A stretch of 63,468 nucleotides of DNA, the filler included, from Pelomyxa schiedti (lineage: Eukaryota > Protista > Evosea): assembly GCA_020536535.1 (NCBI GenBank). It is 17 parts of 17 records of this genome, joined end to end, with 100 filler letters (N's around TTAATTAATTAA, not from the genome) between each part and the next. Parts side by side here need not be neighbours in the genome. Positions count along the whole stretch, not along the records: positions 44,790 to 52,879 come from JAHLWZ010000132.1; positions 52,980 to 54,924 come from JAHLWZ010002200.1; positions 55,025 to 56,181 come from JAHLWZ010002753.1; positions 56,282 to 59,011 come from JAHLWZ010001911.1; positions 59,112 to 63,468 come from JAHLWZ010001603.1; 12 more parts are not named here. One strand, given 5' to 3'. The translations under genes and the position numbers were made by a program. Shown here in pieces: positions 48,104-59,571 of the stretch. Numbering within the stretch: position 1 is the stretch's first letter; the number at the start of each line of letters is the position of its first letter. The notes beneath the pieces were generated by a model that worked only from the letters and a program-made list of their open reading frames with translations, was not told where the DNA came from and ran no database searches.

Positions 48104-49345
48104 ATGGAAGGAGTCGACACAGAAAGAGCAGGGCTGGTTATTGACAACGGATCGGGGATGTGTAAGGCTGGATTTGCTGGCGACGATGCCCCTCGTGCTG
48201 TTTTCCCTGTATGTGCTGGTTCTATGCCTGGCTTACGATTTCACTAACTTTGATAATCTCAGTCAGTAATTGGACGGCCTCGCCACGTGCAGGTAATGGC
48301 CGGAATGGGGAACAAAGAGTGCTACGTCGGTGATGAGGCACAAAGCAAGCGAGGGATTCTCACTCTCAAGTACCCAATTGAACACGGAATTGTAACAAAC
48401 TGGGATGACATGGTACCCAATGCCTACTTATAAATATTCGCACCTTTAACCTTTTGAATGCAGGAAAAAATATGGCACCACACATTTTATAATGAGCTTC
48501 GCGTTGCCCCTGAGGAACACCCAGTGCTGCTCACAGAGGCTCCACTTAATCCAAAGGCCAACCGAGAGAAGATGACTCAAATCATGTTTGATACATTCAA
48601 CACGCCATCCATGTACGTTGCAATTCAGGCTGTTCTGTCCTTGTATGCCTCTGGCCGAACCACTGGAATTGTATTAGATACTGGCGATGGTGTCACCCAC
48701 ACTGTTCCCATCTATGAGGGATATTCTCTGCCCCATGCCATTCTCAGGTTGGACCTTGCCGGCCGGGACCTAACAGACTATCTTGTGCGAATACTCACTG
48801 AGCGAGGATATTCCTTCACAACTACAGCTGAGCGTGAGATAGTGAGGGACATAAAGGAAAAGCTGGGTTATGTTGCACTTGACTTCGAATCGGAGATGAT
48901 GAAAGCTGCGAGTTCATCATCAGCAGAGAAGAGCTATGAGCTTCCAGATGGCCAAGTGGTCACACTAGGGAACGAGAGGTTCCGGTGCCCAGAGGCATTG
49001 TTCCAGCCGTCATTCCTGGGAATGGAAGCTGCTGGTATACACGAGATCTGCTACAACTCCATCATGAAGTGTGATGTGGATATCCGAAGGGACCTCTACA
49101 GCAACATTGTTCTATCGGGCGGCACCTCGATGTTCCCAGGAATGGCTGACAGAATGCAGAAGGAGATGACCACCCTGGCACCAACAACAATGAAGATCAA
49201 GATAATAGCACCCCCAGAGAGGAAGTACTCTGTGTGGATTGGCGGCTCCATACTTGCTTCACTCAGTACATTCCAAGACATGTGGATCACCAAGGAAGAG
49301 TACAACGAGAGTGGCCCAGCCATCGTCCACAGGAAGTGTTTCTAA
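48104..49345 (+). CDS. ACT: Actin (somewhat divergent), two introns
   Basis: [35 protein letters not shown]|[22 protein letters not shown]|EKIWHH..IVHRKCF*. Confidence 0.97.
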
Positions 49346-49608
49346 ACTTGAATGCACTCCCACACCAGGCTCAGCCACGACGATCGTGATGATTACAGAC
49401 AACTCTGTGCAATAGATGATGGCCATTAGTGCGCACTCCACGTCACTTGCGCAATTGCATGGTGTTTGGCATAAAAACTGTGAATAACTATTTCTTACTT
49501 CCGGGGCCTTTTCTTTCTTTCGAGGTGTCACCTGTGGCATCACTTCCCGGAAGTGTCCTTTGATCATGGTTGGTTGAGAAAAATCATTTTTTTTACAAAA
49601 AGGTAGAC

Positions 49609-50367
49609 ATGGCGTCGCCGCCGTTTGAACTGCCGCTATCGCCTACTACATCTGCACCTAATGTACCACCGCCCACTGTAGGTAACAACGTTCCCCACGA
49701 CCAAAACACTCCACAAGATCTACGGCAGCAACAAGAGCAGCAGCGGATGCCGCCGCCCTCGTTCACAACCACGCCTACCGCTACCACACAGCAGAGTTCG
49801 CCGCAGCGATGGCTGAGGCCCCCGACGTCGCCGGTGGTCGGCGGGTCGCCGAGCAAGAGGGCGCGTGTGGGGGGTGCGCCGAGGCCGCTGTCCGTGGACG
49901 AGCTGGCGAGGCGCGCGCGGATTGTCATAAATCAAGTGGAACAGGTGCGGTCAACAACCAATAATCGAATTTCACAAGTGGGCGGCTCACTCACGTTGCA
50001 CACTTTAGAACAAGGAAAGAGTGGCAGCTGACGTAAATACGATGTGCACTTCTATTTTGGAGGAAATAACAAAAGTGGTGACTGAAAAAAAGGATGTCCT
50101 CCTTCAAGAACTCACTGAAAACACCGAAGTCAGTATTCCCACTCTACAATCCAAACAAAAACCTCACTTAATTCCCCAGACATGCTACGAGTCAATAAAT
50201 CGTCTGGACTTCATGACTTGCAATGCCAAACAAAAGGTACTGGCTCCTCCTCCCTGTTGCTTGTTTGTTTGCGCCTCTAAATAAAGGAAATAAACCAGTT
50301 GATGTTCAACAAAACACGTTTCCTTTCCTTGGTTGCCCAAGCCTTTGACGAGATTTATGTGCATCAT
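49609..50367 (+). CDS. Pro-rich/coiled-coil F-box protein, copy 1 (3' end lost in gap)
   Basis: Exon-by-exon paralogue of 51107-52604, differing by small indels. Confidence 0.6.
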
Positions 50368-50467
50368 NNNNNNNNNNNNNNNNNNNNNNNNNNNNNNNNN
50401 NNNNNNNNNNNNNNNNNNNNNNNNNNNNNNNNNNNNNNNNNNNNNNNNNNNNNNNNNNNNNNNNNNN

Positions 50468-50850
50468 CACTAGGGAACGAGAGGTTCCGGTGCCCAGAGG
50501 CATTGTTCCAGCCGTCATTCCTGGGAATGGAAGCTGCTGGTATACACGAGATCTGCTACAACTCCATCATGAAGTGTGATGTGGATATACGAAGGGACCT
50601 CTACAGCAACATTGTTCTATCGGGCGGCACCTCGATGTTCCCAGGAATGGCTGACAGAATGCAGAAGGAGATGACCACCCTGGCACCGACAACAATGAAG
50701 ATCAAGATAATAGCACCCCCAGAGAGGAAGTACTCTGTGTGGATTGGCGGCTCCATACTTGCCTCACTCAGTACATTCCAAGACATGTGGATCACCAAGG
50801 AAGAGTACAACGAGAGTGGCCCGGCCATCGTCCACAGGAAGTGTTTCTAA
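50468..50850 (+). CDS. ACT: Actin, second copy (3' part; 5' in gap)
   Basis: [21 protein letters not shown], nearly identical to 48963-49345. Confidence 0.9.
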
Positions 50851-51106
50851 AATTGAAGGCACTCCCACCAGGCTCATGAGGATTACAGACAACTCTGTGC
50901 AATAGATGATGGCATTAGTGCACCCCACGTCACTTGTGCAATTGCATGGTGTTTGGCATAAAAACTGTGAATAACTATTTCTTTCTTCTCTTGCAAGCCT
51001 TCTCTTTCTTTCGAGGTGTCACCCTCGCCTGTGGCATCACTTCCCGGAAGAGTCCTTTGATCGCGGTTGGTTGAGAAACATCATTTTTGTTAAAAAAAGG
51101 GTAGAC

Positions 51107-52604
51107 ATGGCGTCACCGCCGTTTGAACTGCCGCTATCGCCTACTACATCTGCACCTAATGTACCACCGCCCACTGTCGACAACACCGTTCTCAACACCG
51201 ACGCCCATCTTCCCCACGACCAAAACACTCCACAAGATCTACGGCAGCAACAAGAGCAACAGCGGATGCCGCCGCCCTCATACACAACCACGCCGACCGC
51301 CACACCGCAGAGTTCGCCGCAGCGATGGCTGAGGCCCCCGACGTCGCCGGTGGTGGGCGGGTCGCCGGGAAAGAGGCCGCGTGTGGGGGGTGCGCCGAGG
51401 CCGCTGTCCGTGGACGAGCTGGCGAGGCGCGCGCGGATTGTCATAAATCAAGTGGAACAGGTGCGGTCAACAAACCCAACCAATACTCGAATTTCACAAG
51501 TGGGCGGCTCACTCACGTTGCACACTTTAGAACAAGGAAAGAGTGGCAACTGACGTAAATACGATGTGCACTTCTATTTTGGAGGAAATAACAAAAGTGG
51601 TGACTGAGAAAAAGGATGTACTCCTTCAAGAACTCACTGAAAACACCGAAGTCAGTATTCTCACTCCACAATCCAAACAAAAACCTCACTTAATTCCCCA
51701 GACATGCTACGAGTCAATAAATCGTCTGGACTTCATGACTTGTAATGCCAAACAAAAGGTACTGGCTCCTCCCTGTTGCTTGTTTGTTTGCGCCTCTAAA
51801 TAAAGGAAATAAACCAGTTGATGTTCAACAAAACACGTTTCCTTTCCTTGGTTGCCCAAGCCTTTGACGAGATTTATGTGCATCATGGTATATATTCCAC
51901 TCACCTACGAAGTTCCACGACAACATTCTTTAAACTAATTTTAATTTCAGGAACACCTTTTTCTGAATTACCGGAGGCAGCACTGCGCATTATTGCAGGC
52001 TTCCTGGACGATGCTTCCTTGAAATCTTGCCTCAAAGTTTGCAGGTCCCTGCGGGAGGCGGCAAATAGAAGTAAAACCCTTTTCTTTTCTGCAACAACAC
52101 TCTAATACTTTACTCTTCAAAAAAGTTATCTGCCAAGCACTGACTGGAGTTCTCACCCTTTCCAATGTGGGCATGGCCTTCGCAGATGCAAGCACCATCA
52201 TAACAGTCAAGGCACCTCCGGAGGAGAAAGTGGAATTCTTTGCCCTGGCCAAGCCACAAGAGAGAAAGCTCTATGTGTACATCTGCCGTCCCAAGAAGCT
52301 GTTTGTCTGTGCCAAAAGGCTTCACTTCCAGGTCCTCGTTGACAACATTGACACTGGGATACAGAACAGCTGCGTGTTGTACAAGTCTGATGTGGAAGAG
52401 CTGTACACAAACTTGGAAAAAGGGCGAGGTGCAGCGCTGTCACCCACCACAGCCATGGACTTCACACTCCTGGACACAATACAAGTGAGGTACACAATCA
52501 CAAACACGGCAACCAAAACGCAAGACACACTTGTGGACCCCACCAAAGCAGAGCCGCGAGTGTGGTACCAACCAAATCCAGCCGGTGAAGATGACTACTT
52601 CTGA
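51107..52604 (+). CDS. Pro-rich + coiled-coil + F-box protein (multi-exon), copy 2
   Basis: Spliced MASPPFEL..EQ|NKERVATDVN..|TCYESINRL..|LMFNKTRF..|GTPFSELPEAALRIIAGFLDDASLKSCLKVCRSLREAANR (F-box)|..GEDDYF*. Confidence 0.75.
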
Positions 52605-52979
52605 CTGTAAATATACAAAAGTAATAGATGGAGATGTTTATTTTTTTCTGTCCTGTTGGTGTTGATGCGGGCATTTCTGTTTGTTGGCGGTCGGGACTGT
52701 AAAAATGGACCAAACTCTGGCTAACCCCCTATTTATCGAATTTTAAGGGAAATAACTTGAGTTATCTGGGGTAAACTCGATGTGAAAAACAGGACCCATT
52801 AGGCCAAAACTCGAGTTATCTGGGGTAAACTCGAGTTTTTGGGGGGTCATATTGAAATCGGTCTTTATAAACACAGCAGNNNNNNNNNNNNNNNNNNNNN
52901 NNNNNNNNNNNNNNNNNNNNNNNTTAATTAATTAANNNNNNNNNNNNNNNNNNNNNNNNNNNNNNNNNNNNNNNNNNNN

Positions 52980-54541
52980 AAATCTTGTGGAGCTCTCTCA
53001 TTCCAGAAACGTGTGGAACGTAATTACCTATTGTAGTAACGTACTTGTAGTCTCACTACTGCGGGAGAAGTCAGAATCCCTTGAAGCACAAGTGAAGTGC
53101 CTCACAGGTTCCATGACAGCCGCTCAGGCATTGTGTGAAACATCGGATTCACTAAAAGTGTGTGCACTTGGACCGGCAATGGCCACGTGGAATCACCGTC
53201 TTAGCGGAATTCCTTCTGCTCCGATTAATTGCGGATCGAAGATATATTTTTCATCAAGTTTTACGGGGTTGAAAGAAGTAATCCAGTCTTTCGGGTCTGT
53301 TTACAGTGGTATCATCTCCTCCTTCAAATGGATTTGTTAACTCAACAAACAAAGTTGAAATATCCCTTGAATCAAGCAGCTTCACATTGTCCGGTTCTAT
53401 TCCGGATATTGCATTTGTTGGCGATACTGTTGATCTCAGTGTCTCACCTGCCTCAATAAAAACGGCCGACAACAATACAATAGGGGACATCACTGATCTC
53501 CGAAACTTATTGCAGGTCAATGTTGTACCTCCCCCCACCACTTCAGTTGCAACTACCAGGATCCCCTGGACATCAGAAAGGTTCGGACCTGCTTCTTTCA
53601 AATTGGAACACGTTGGAAATTACACAATCTGTGTTGAAAGAGTTTCTGATGTGAATACCGGCGTCAGTATGACACAAGATAAGAAAGTTCTGTGCACCAT
53701 TGAGGCATTGGGTCCGCCACCCCCACCACAAAACTTGACAGCCTGTTTCACAGAACCTGGAGTGATCAGTGTGAGCTGGGACCGACCCTCTGCAATCCCC
53801 CCAAAAGCACAGGTTGGATACAATGTTCTTGCTGCAGTCGGGGCATTCAAAGTGGAGCTGAGGCAACACAAGGAAACGCAAACAATCATCAGGGACATTC
53901 CAACTACACAAGGGGACAACGCGCCAATCAAAGTGTCAGTTTCTAGTGTTTCATTGTGCGCGGCCCGTACCAGTTCCGGAACTGTGTGTGACACCGTGAC
54001 TGGAGCCACTTCTGATGTTTATGTTTCTCCCATTCCACCCAAAAAACTGGATTCTACATGTGCAGGTTCCGGAGTCACAATTGGACTTGATGGATTGAGT
54101 TGCACTGTGCCTGGTGCCTGCATTGTGCTCGCTGAGAGAGGGTTCATGAGTGGCTCGCACCACTGGGAGTTCACTGCAACAAAGTTAGGCAGATACTCAT
54201 GGTGTGGCGTTTCACTCAAGCCTCCTCAAACTTTGGAAGGCTGGCTTGGATCCATGCCGACAGGTTTTGCTGTTTCGGGTTACACAGGCGGTACGACTTA
54301 CCCCTGCTTCCACGCAGGGTCAGGTTATGAAAAGGTGCCGGTGTTCACAACGGGGGACAAAGTTGGATTCACCCTCCACTGCGACAAGGGCACATTGGAT
54401 TATTTCCAGAATGGCACACTCGTCGGCACTTGTTTGTTTGGCGGCAAACTCAAGGAATTTTGTGGTGCCCGGCCCCTTTACCCTGCTTTTGGTTCCCACG
54501 GTGCTCCAGCAGAATACACAAATATTTACTTTGCCTCCTGA
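52980..54541 (+). CDS. TRIM-like coiled-coil + Ig/filamin-like + FN3 + SPRY protein, 5' truncated
   Basis: Coiled coil (LLREKSESLEAQV), F..EHVGNYTICV, PPPPQNLTA....ISVSWDRP..VGYNV (FN3), GSHHWEF..CGV..GDKVGFTLHCDKGTLDYFQNG..LYPAF (SPRY). Confidence 0.82.
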
Positions 54542-55351
54542 GCCAAAGGGAAAAAAACAAAGCTGTTCGGAATACCCCAAGTTGTTTCCGGACTTGTTCT
54601 CGGACTTCTCTTTTTGCCAGAAACATCAACGTCCCCATAACCGGAAAAGGAAGGTGTTGTCAACTGTATTTTCCTGAGAAAAACTCTGTCAACCCTTCAA
54701 AAGCCAGTTGGCAACCAAAAACTCGAAGAGAAAAACAAGAAAAATGAGCACCACGGTGAGGGCTCGTTACCGCCCCTTACGTTTTTTGGTGTTCTGAGAG
54801 AAGTGGTTAATGTTTAATTTCCCCTGACAGGAACCAATCACGGTCGAATCTGTTGTGTCACGTCTCCGATTTGATCCCAGCAAGAGAGACGACACATCAA
54901 AAGCATTGTTGGAATTGATTGACGNNNNNNNNNNNNNNNNNNNNNNNNNNNNNNNNNNNNNNNNNNNNTTAATTAATTAANNNNNNNNNNNNNNNNNNNN
55001 NNNNNNNNNNNNNNNNNNNNNNNNGCTTCCTGAGCAGGAGGAATGCTTCCATTGATGCTGTTAACCACCTCACTCACTCCCCTGATTCCCCACTGCTTCA
55101 GTTGACAAATGGAACAGCCCAACCAACAGCAGTGGCAGACCTCATCGCACTTGTTGTTGAGTCATGCCTCTCAATCCTCGGTGTGTGTTCTTCTCTGTTC
55201 ACAAGAAGCCTTGTTGTGAAACTGATGTTGTGCTGCTGCACTGCCATTGCCTCACAAACAGCATCGACAGCAGGAGGCACTGTTACAGATGACCAAGTGA
55301 ACGAGTGCATCACACAGTGGCTCAATGCTCTCATCCCTGCAATTCACATTA

Positions 55352-56181
55352 GACTTTCCCTAATTTATAATTAATCGGTTTCGCAGCACTTGTTGGCGAT
55401 TTTTTGGTACAACTCGATTTTTGCCACCCACAACTTGGTGTTTTCCAAGTTGCGCCAACTGACAACAACAGACAACAGCACGGCAATGGCCAATGTCAAC
55501 GCCAACAGAACAAATAACAACAACAACAACAACAACAACAACAAAAACAACAACAACAGTATGACAACGGCCAATGGCAACACCAACCAACAACAACCAC
55601 CGGCTGCCCAACAACGCTGAAACGAACCAGCTGGCAATCAGGGGGGAAAAAAGAGAAAATTACAAAAAATGGTTTTCTTTTTGTTTACAGTGGGTGGGGG
55701 AAAACGAGACGACGGAGCAGAGCGGATGACGGAGCGGAGTGGACGATGGAGCGGACAACGGAGCAGACGACCGAGCGGAGCAGACGACCGAGCGGAGCAG
55801 ACGGTGAATCAAACCACGGAGCAGACGGCAAATCAATATGTGGCCTTGAAAAAACCCTGCACACTTACCAATAAAATGGCACCACCACATAAACACACAA
55901 CACAACAACCAGAGAGACAAACAAAAAAAAAAACCTTGGTTTGCGTACCGACGAGCGGCTTTGCGGTTTGTTGAGTTAATTAAATTAAAAAAAAAAATGC
56001 TTTGCAACAACAAAGGGCCTTAATCTTTTGATCAAAAGAAACGTATGGAAAGCAACTGTAAATCAACTGACCTTCGTGGACTGTGAAGTCCAGAGAAAAA
56101 AAACTAGAAAAACCTAAGTCCGACGGGACGTGCGGTGCGGCACCTCCGAGCGATTCCTGTGGTCATCTTCGTTTTTTGCTG
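55352..56181. mobile_element. Non-autonomous TIR element, copy 1 (truncated by contig end)
   Basis: Begins (TA)GACTTTCCCTAATTTATAATTAATC and is collinear with 61236-61991, including the (AAC)n and 12-bp GACGGAGCG repeats. Confidence 0.8.
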
Positions 56182-57659
56182 NNNNNNNNNNNNNNNNNNN
56201 NNNNNNNNNNNNNNNNNNNNNNNNNTTAATTAATTAANNNNNNNNNNNNNNNNNNNNNNNNNNNNNNNNNNNNNNNNNNNNTTAGCTAACAAACAATCAG
56301 CAGCACCTGCTTCCTCTCAACCAAAAAGAAAAATACCCCCAAAATCAACAAAAAAACCTTCAAAATATAAAACTAAAAAACCCAAATCTTCACAAACCAA
56401 AACCCAAATCTTCAAAATCAATTCAGCCACCAGAACCTAAAAAACCTAAACATTCACATGCTCTTCGTGTACCACATAGACATGCACCCTCAACCTCACT
56501 TCAACATTTTGGATCACTGTTAGCTTCTGTGGGCTCGAGAATAAGTCCCACAGAGGAAGAAAACAAGTGAGAGTGAAGAGAATAAAGAGTGTTCTCTTGT
56601 TTGTTTGGTCGTTGTTGTTGTAAGGGGGTAAAAAGGGAGTGTGTAAAATCTCGCAGAGCGGTTGTGTGATTGGGTTAAAAGGCTGCAATGTTCAAATGGA
56701 TTCTCGGACAAGTGTGCATGTAATCAAAACCGCCTGCCACGTTGTTGTTGCTGTATTTGTGCGCCCAGCTGCGCTGTACGCTGATCATTACCTTCGCTGT
56801 CTCATTCTGGTAATAGTCCAGATTTGGCTCAGTCCTCAGTCTCTCCAATCCCGCTAAAGTGTGCCAGACTTCAAAGCCTCGCGAGCAAGGCCGAGTTCGT
56901 GTACTTTGTGGAAGTACACATCACCAAGGGATTACCCTGTTTCCAGCTTGGATGATGAAGCCTTTTCATCAGAAGATGATGGTAATGCAGCCTTGATTTT
57001 ATAATAATATTGTATAGATGTCATAAATGTTGATAGTGACAACTCTGGTGATAGAAACTCATCAAGTTCTTCTTTGCTGATGAATCTCTTGTCATCATGT
57101 CACGCATGGCTGAAGTCTCAAGGTTATAAAGCAATTGCCACTGCCTTGAAGACTTCCATCAACACATGTGCATCTCACTGGCCAAAGAAAACTTTTCAGG
57201 CAAACATAGCCAAGGAAGTGATGGTTTCAGAGTGTTTGTATCACCTTTGGGATGCTCTCTCAACAGAGGTCAAAACTGAGTTAGATCAGGAAGTAGATGT
57301 GTTGTGGTGGCCACATGTAACACAGACCTGGACAATCAGGAGTATCCTTGATGATCTTGTGTCTGTTTTGCATTTTGCGTATGAGTGGCTGCACTGTGAA
57401 AGGCTCTCTTCATCAGACACACACAACACTTGGGGCAGACACAGTGGGCGGTGATTTTGGGCGGTGATGATACACTTTTTGTAGGGAAAAAAATCACCGC
57501 CCACTGATCCAGATATGACTTTTTCTGGGCATGCTGAAAAGGTGTCTTGCAATAAAGATGACGGCTGGATCATGTCCAAACAGTTCATATTGCAAAGAAT
57601 GATGGTTGTCCTTGGTGGATGGGTTCTTTCCCATGATCACTAATTTTTGGACAGGAAAC

Positions 57660-58886
57660 TCTGAACACATTGGCCACCGTTGAATTGCCTGAAGTGCCCC
57701 CTCCTACCATCTCTTTTGACAGCCCAAGTGATCTCCAATCCCAATTGAAGAAACTTACTGTAACATCCCTTATATATTTCTGTTTAAAATCATCACAAAT
57801 TTGTGTGCAGGATTCTTGTCACATAACATCATCAGAACCCATTGAAGAAGTGGTGACCACAGAAAGGACTCTTTCTGGAGAAGACTACATCATTTCTGGG
57901 AATGAGTGTTTTGATGCCAGTAAATCTGCAACAAAGCAATACCGCAATGTTGTTGTTCAAAGCGGGGCTATTCTGACTGTGAAGCCTTGGGATGGATCCT
58001 CCGGTGGTTCAATCTACATCAAACTCCTCCCAAACCCAAACAACAAAAATAAAAAGGTGCTCCACATTCACAGTGCAGATGGGCGGCACTGTTGATGTCA
58101 CAGGGAAGGGATACAGAGGTGGTGTTGCTCCAAGAAAATACAGAAATACCGCACCACAGGGGGAATCATCAATTGGGATTGGGTGCCCATCCACAGAACC
58201 CAATGGAGGTGGCGGTGGCGGTGGTGTTGGCTCTGATTCGTATGGTTCTACAGGTGGAGGTGGAGGGTGCTATGGTATGCCGGGTCTTTCTTTTTTCCAT
58301 GAACTAATGAGACCCCCCACTTCTCGATTGAAGGAACCCGAGGGAGGGATTCTCCACCCAACACCTACCGAAAGACAGGACCCCACCCAGGCGGCAAGGG
58401 AGGGAACGTTGTTCCTCCCTCAATCATCAACAACACACTGCCCATACTTGGATCGGGCGGTGGTGCTGGTGACCCGTGTGTACCTGTCCGGCCATAGTAA
58501 TTCTAAACTAGTCACACACTAGGTATGGCTACACAGCAGGATCAGGTGGAGCCGTTGTGATTGAGGCCTCAGAGATCGACATACAGGGCACCATCCAGGC
58601 CAATGGGAACCCAGGTGGCAGCGGCAAGAGCTACGGGTCAGGCGGCGGGGGTGGCAGCGGGGGCCTCATTGCGCTGAGGCCATCCTGGCGCGTCGCACTG
58701 GGTGCCACCGGGACACTGACAGCCAGTGGGGGTGAGGGTGGGAGCTGCGAGGCAGCTCCATTGGGGCACCAGGGGATATGCAGCAGGGGAGGGGGTGGGG
58801 GTGATGGATGGATATGCCTAAGCAACAGGACTGCGCGGTCACTCCTGGGAAAGATAGTGCCGACAATGTCATCCTCAAACATCTAA
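57660..58886 (+). CDS. Multi-exon protein with glycine-rich 'WDGSSGG..GKGYRGG..QGES..GGGGSGG' domain
   Basis: VVVQSGAILTVKPWDGSSGGSIYIK|..GGTVDVTGKGYRGG..QGESSIG..NGGGGGGG..GGGGGCYG|..LGSGGGAG|..VIEASEIDIQGTIQANG..GGGGGSGGLI..ASGGEGG..GGGGGDGWI. Start unresolved. Confidence 0.7.
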
Positions 58887-59571
58887 ATGCAGAGATTCTA
58901 CTGGCTGAATATTCATAATAAAATAGTCAACAGACTGGAACACGGTAATTTGCTCAGGATGGCTATTTTTGAAACCCTCTACTTACAATTAAGCCCCTGT
59001 TCAGCCTTGCANNNNNNNNNNNNNNNNNNNNNNNNNNNNNNNNNNNNNNNNNNNNTTAATTAATTAANNNNNNNNNNNNNNNNNNNNNNNNNNNNNNNNN
59101 NNNNNNNNNNNGAGTTCATCACTGGAAACAACCCATTCCACGTGGACTTCTCACAACCAAACCCAATCCTCAAATTTGTCGGCTGGGCCAACAACACATT
59201 CTCCCAAACTCAATTCTTCTGAACCAACTCAGCTCCTCACAAACGAGCTGCTACGCAATCACCCACCCTGTTTATAGAGCACCTCCAACTCTCCCCCATG
59301 ACCAGCAGGAAATATTTAAAGAGATATAAATATTGAAATTAAAAAAAGGTTAGGTCAACCTGTGGGCTGGCACCACTAGAGCAATTAAAATCTGTAAACG
59401 AGGGGGCCTTCAAATCAGATGACATGGTGCTTTACCAGCTTTGGCAAATCAGGCAGTTTGACAGTGCTGAAGAATTGACCTCCTGGAGCACAATCCTCCC
59501 CCGCAGATTCTGGACATCTCCATTGTGTGCCAACCTCAGCAAATCCCCCAATCCCTTTTTGTCGAAAAAGA

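Noticed and set aside
56930-57600. RBR/RING E3 ligase on the minus strand (HCVCPKCC; PDCPGLC)
   Set aside because: The Cys motifs lie in different frames with stops, and no coherent model could be built.
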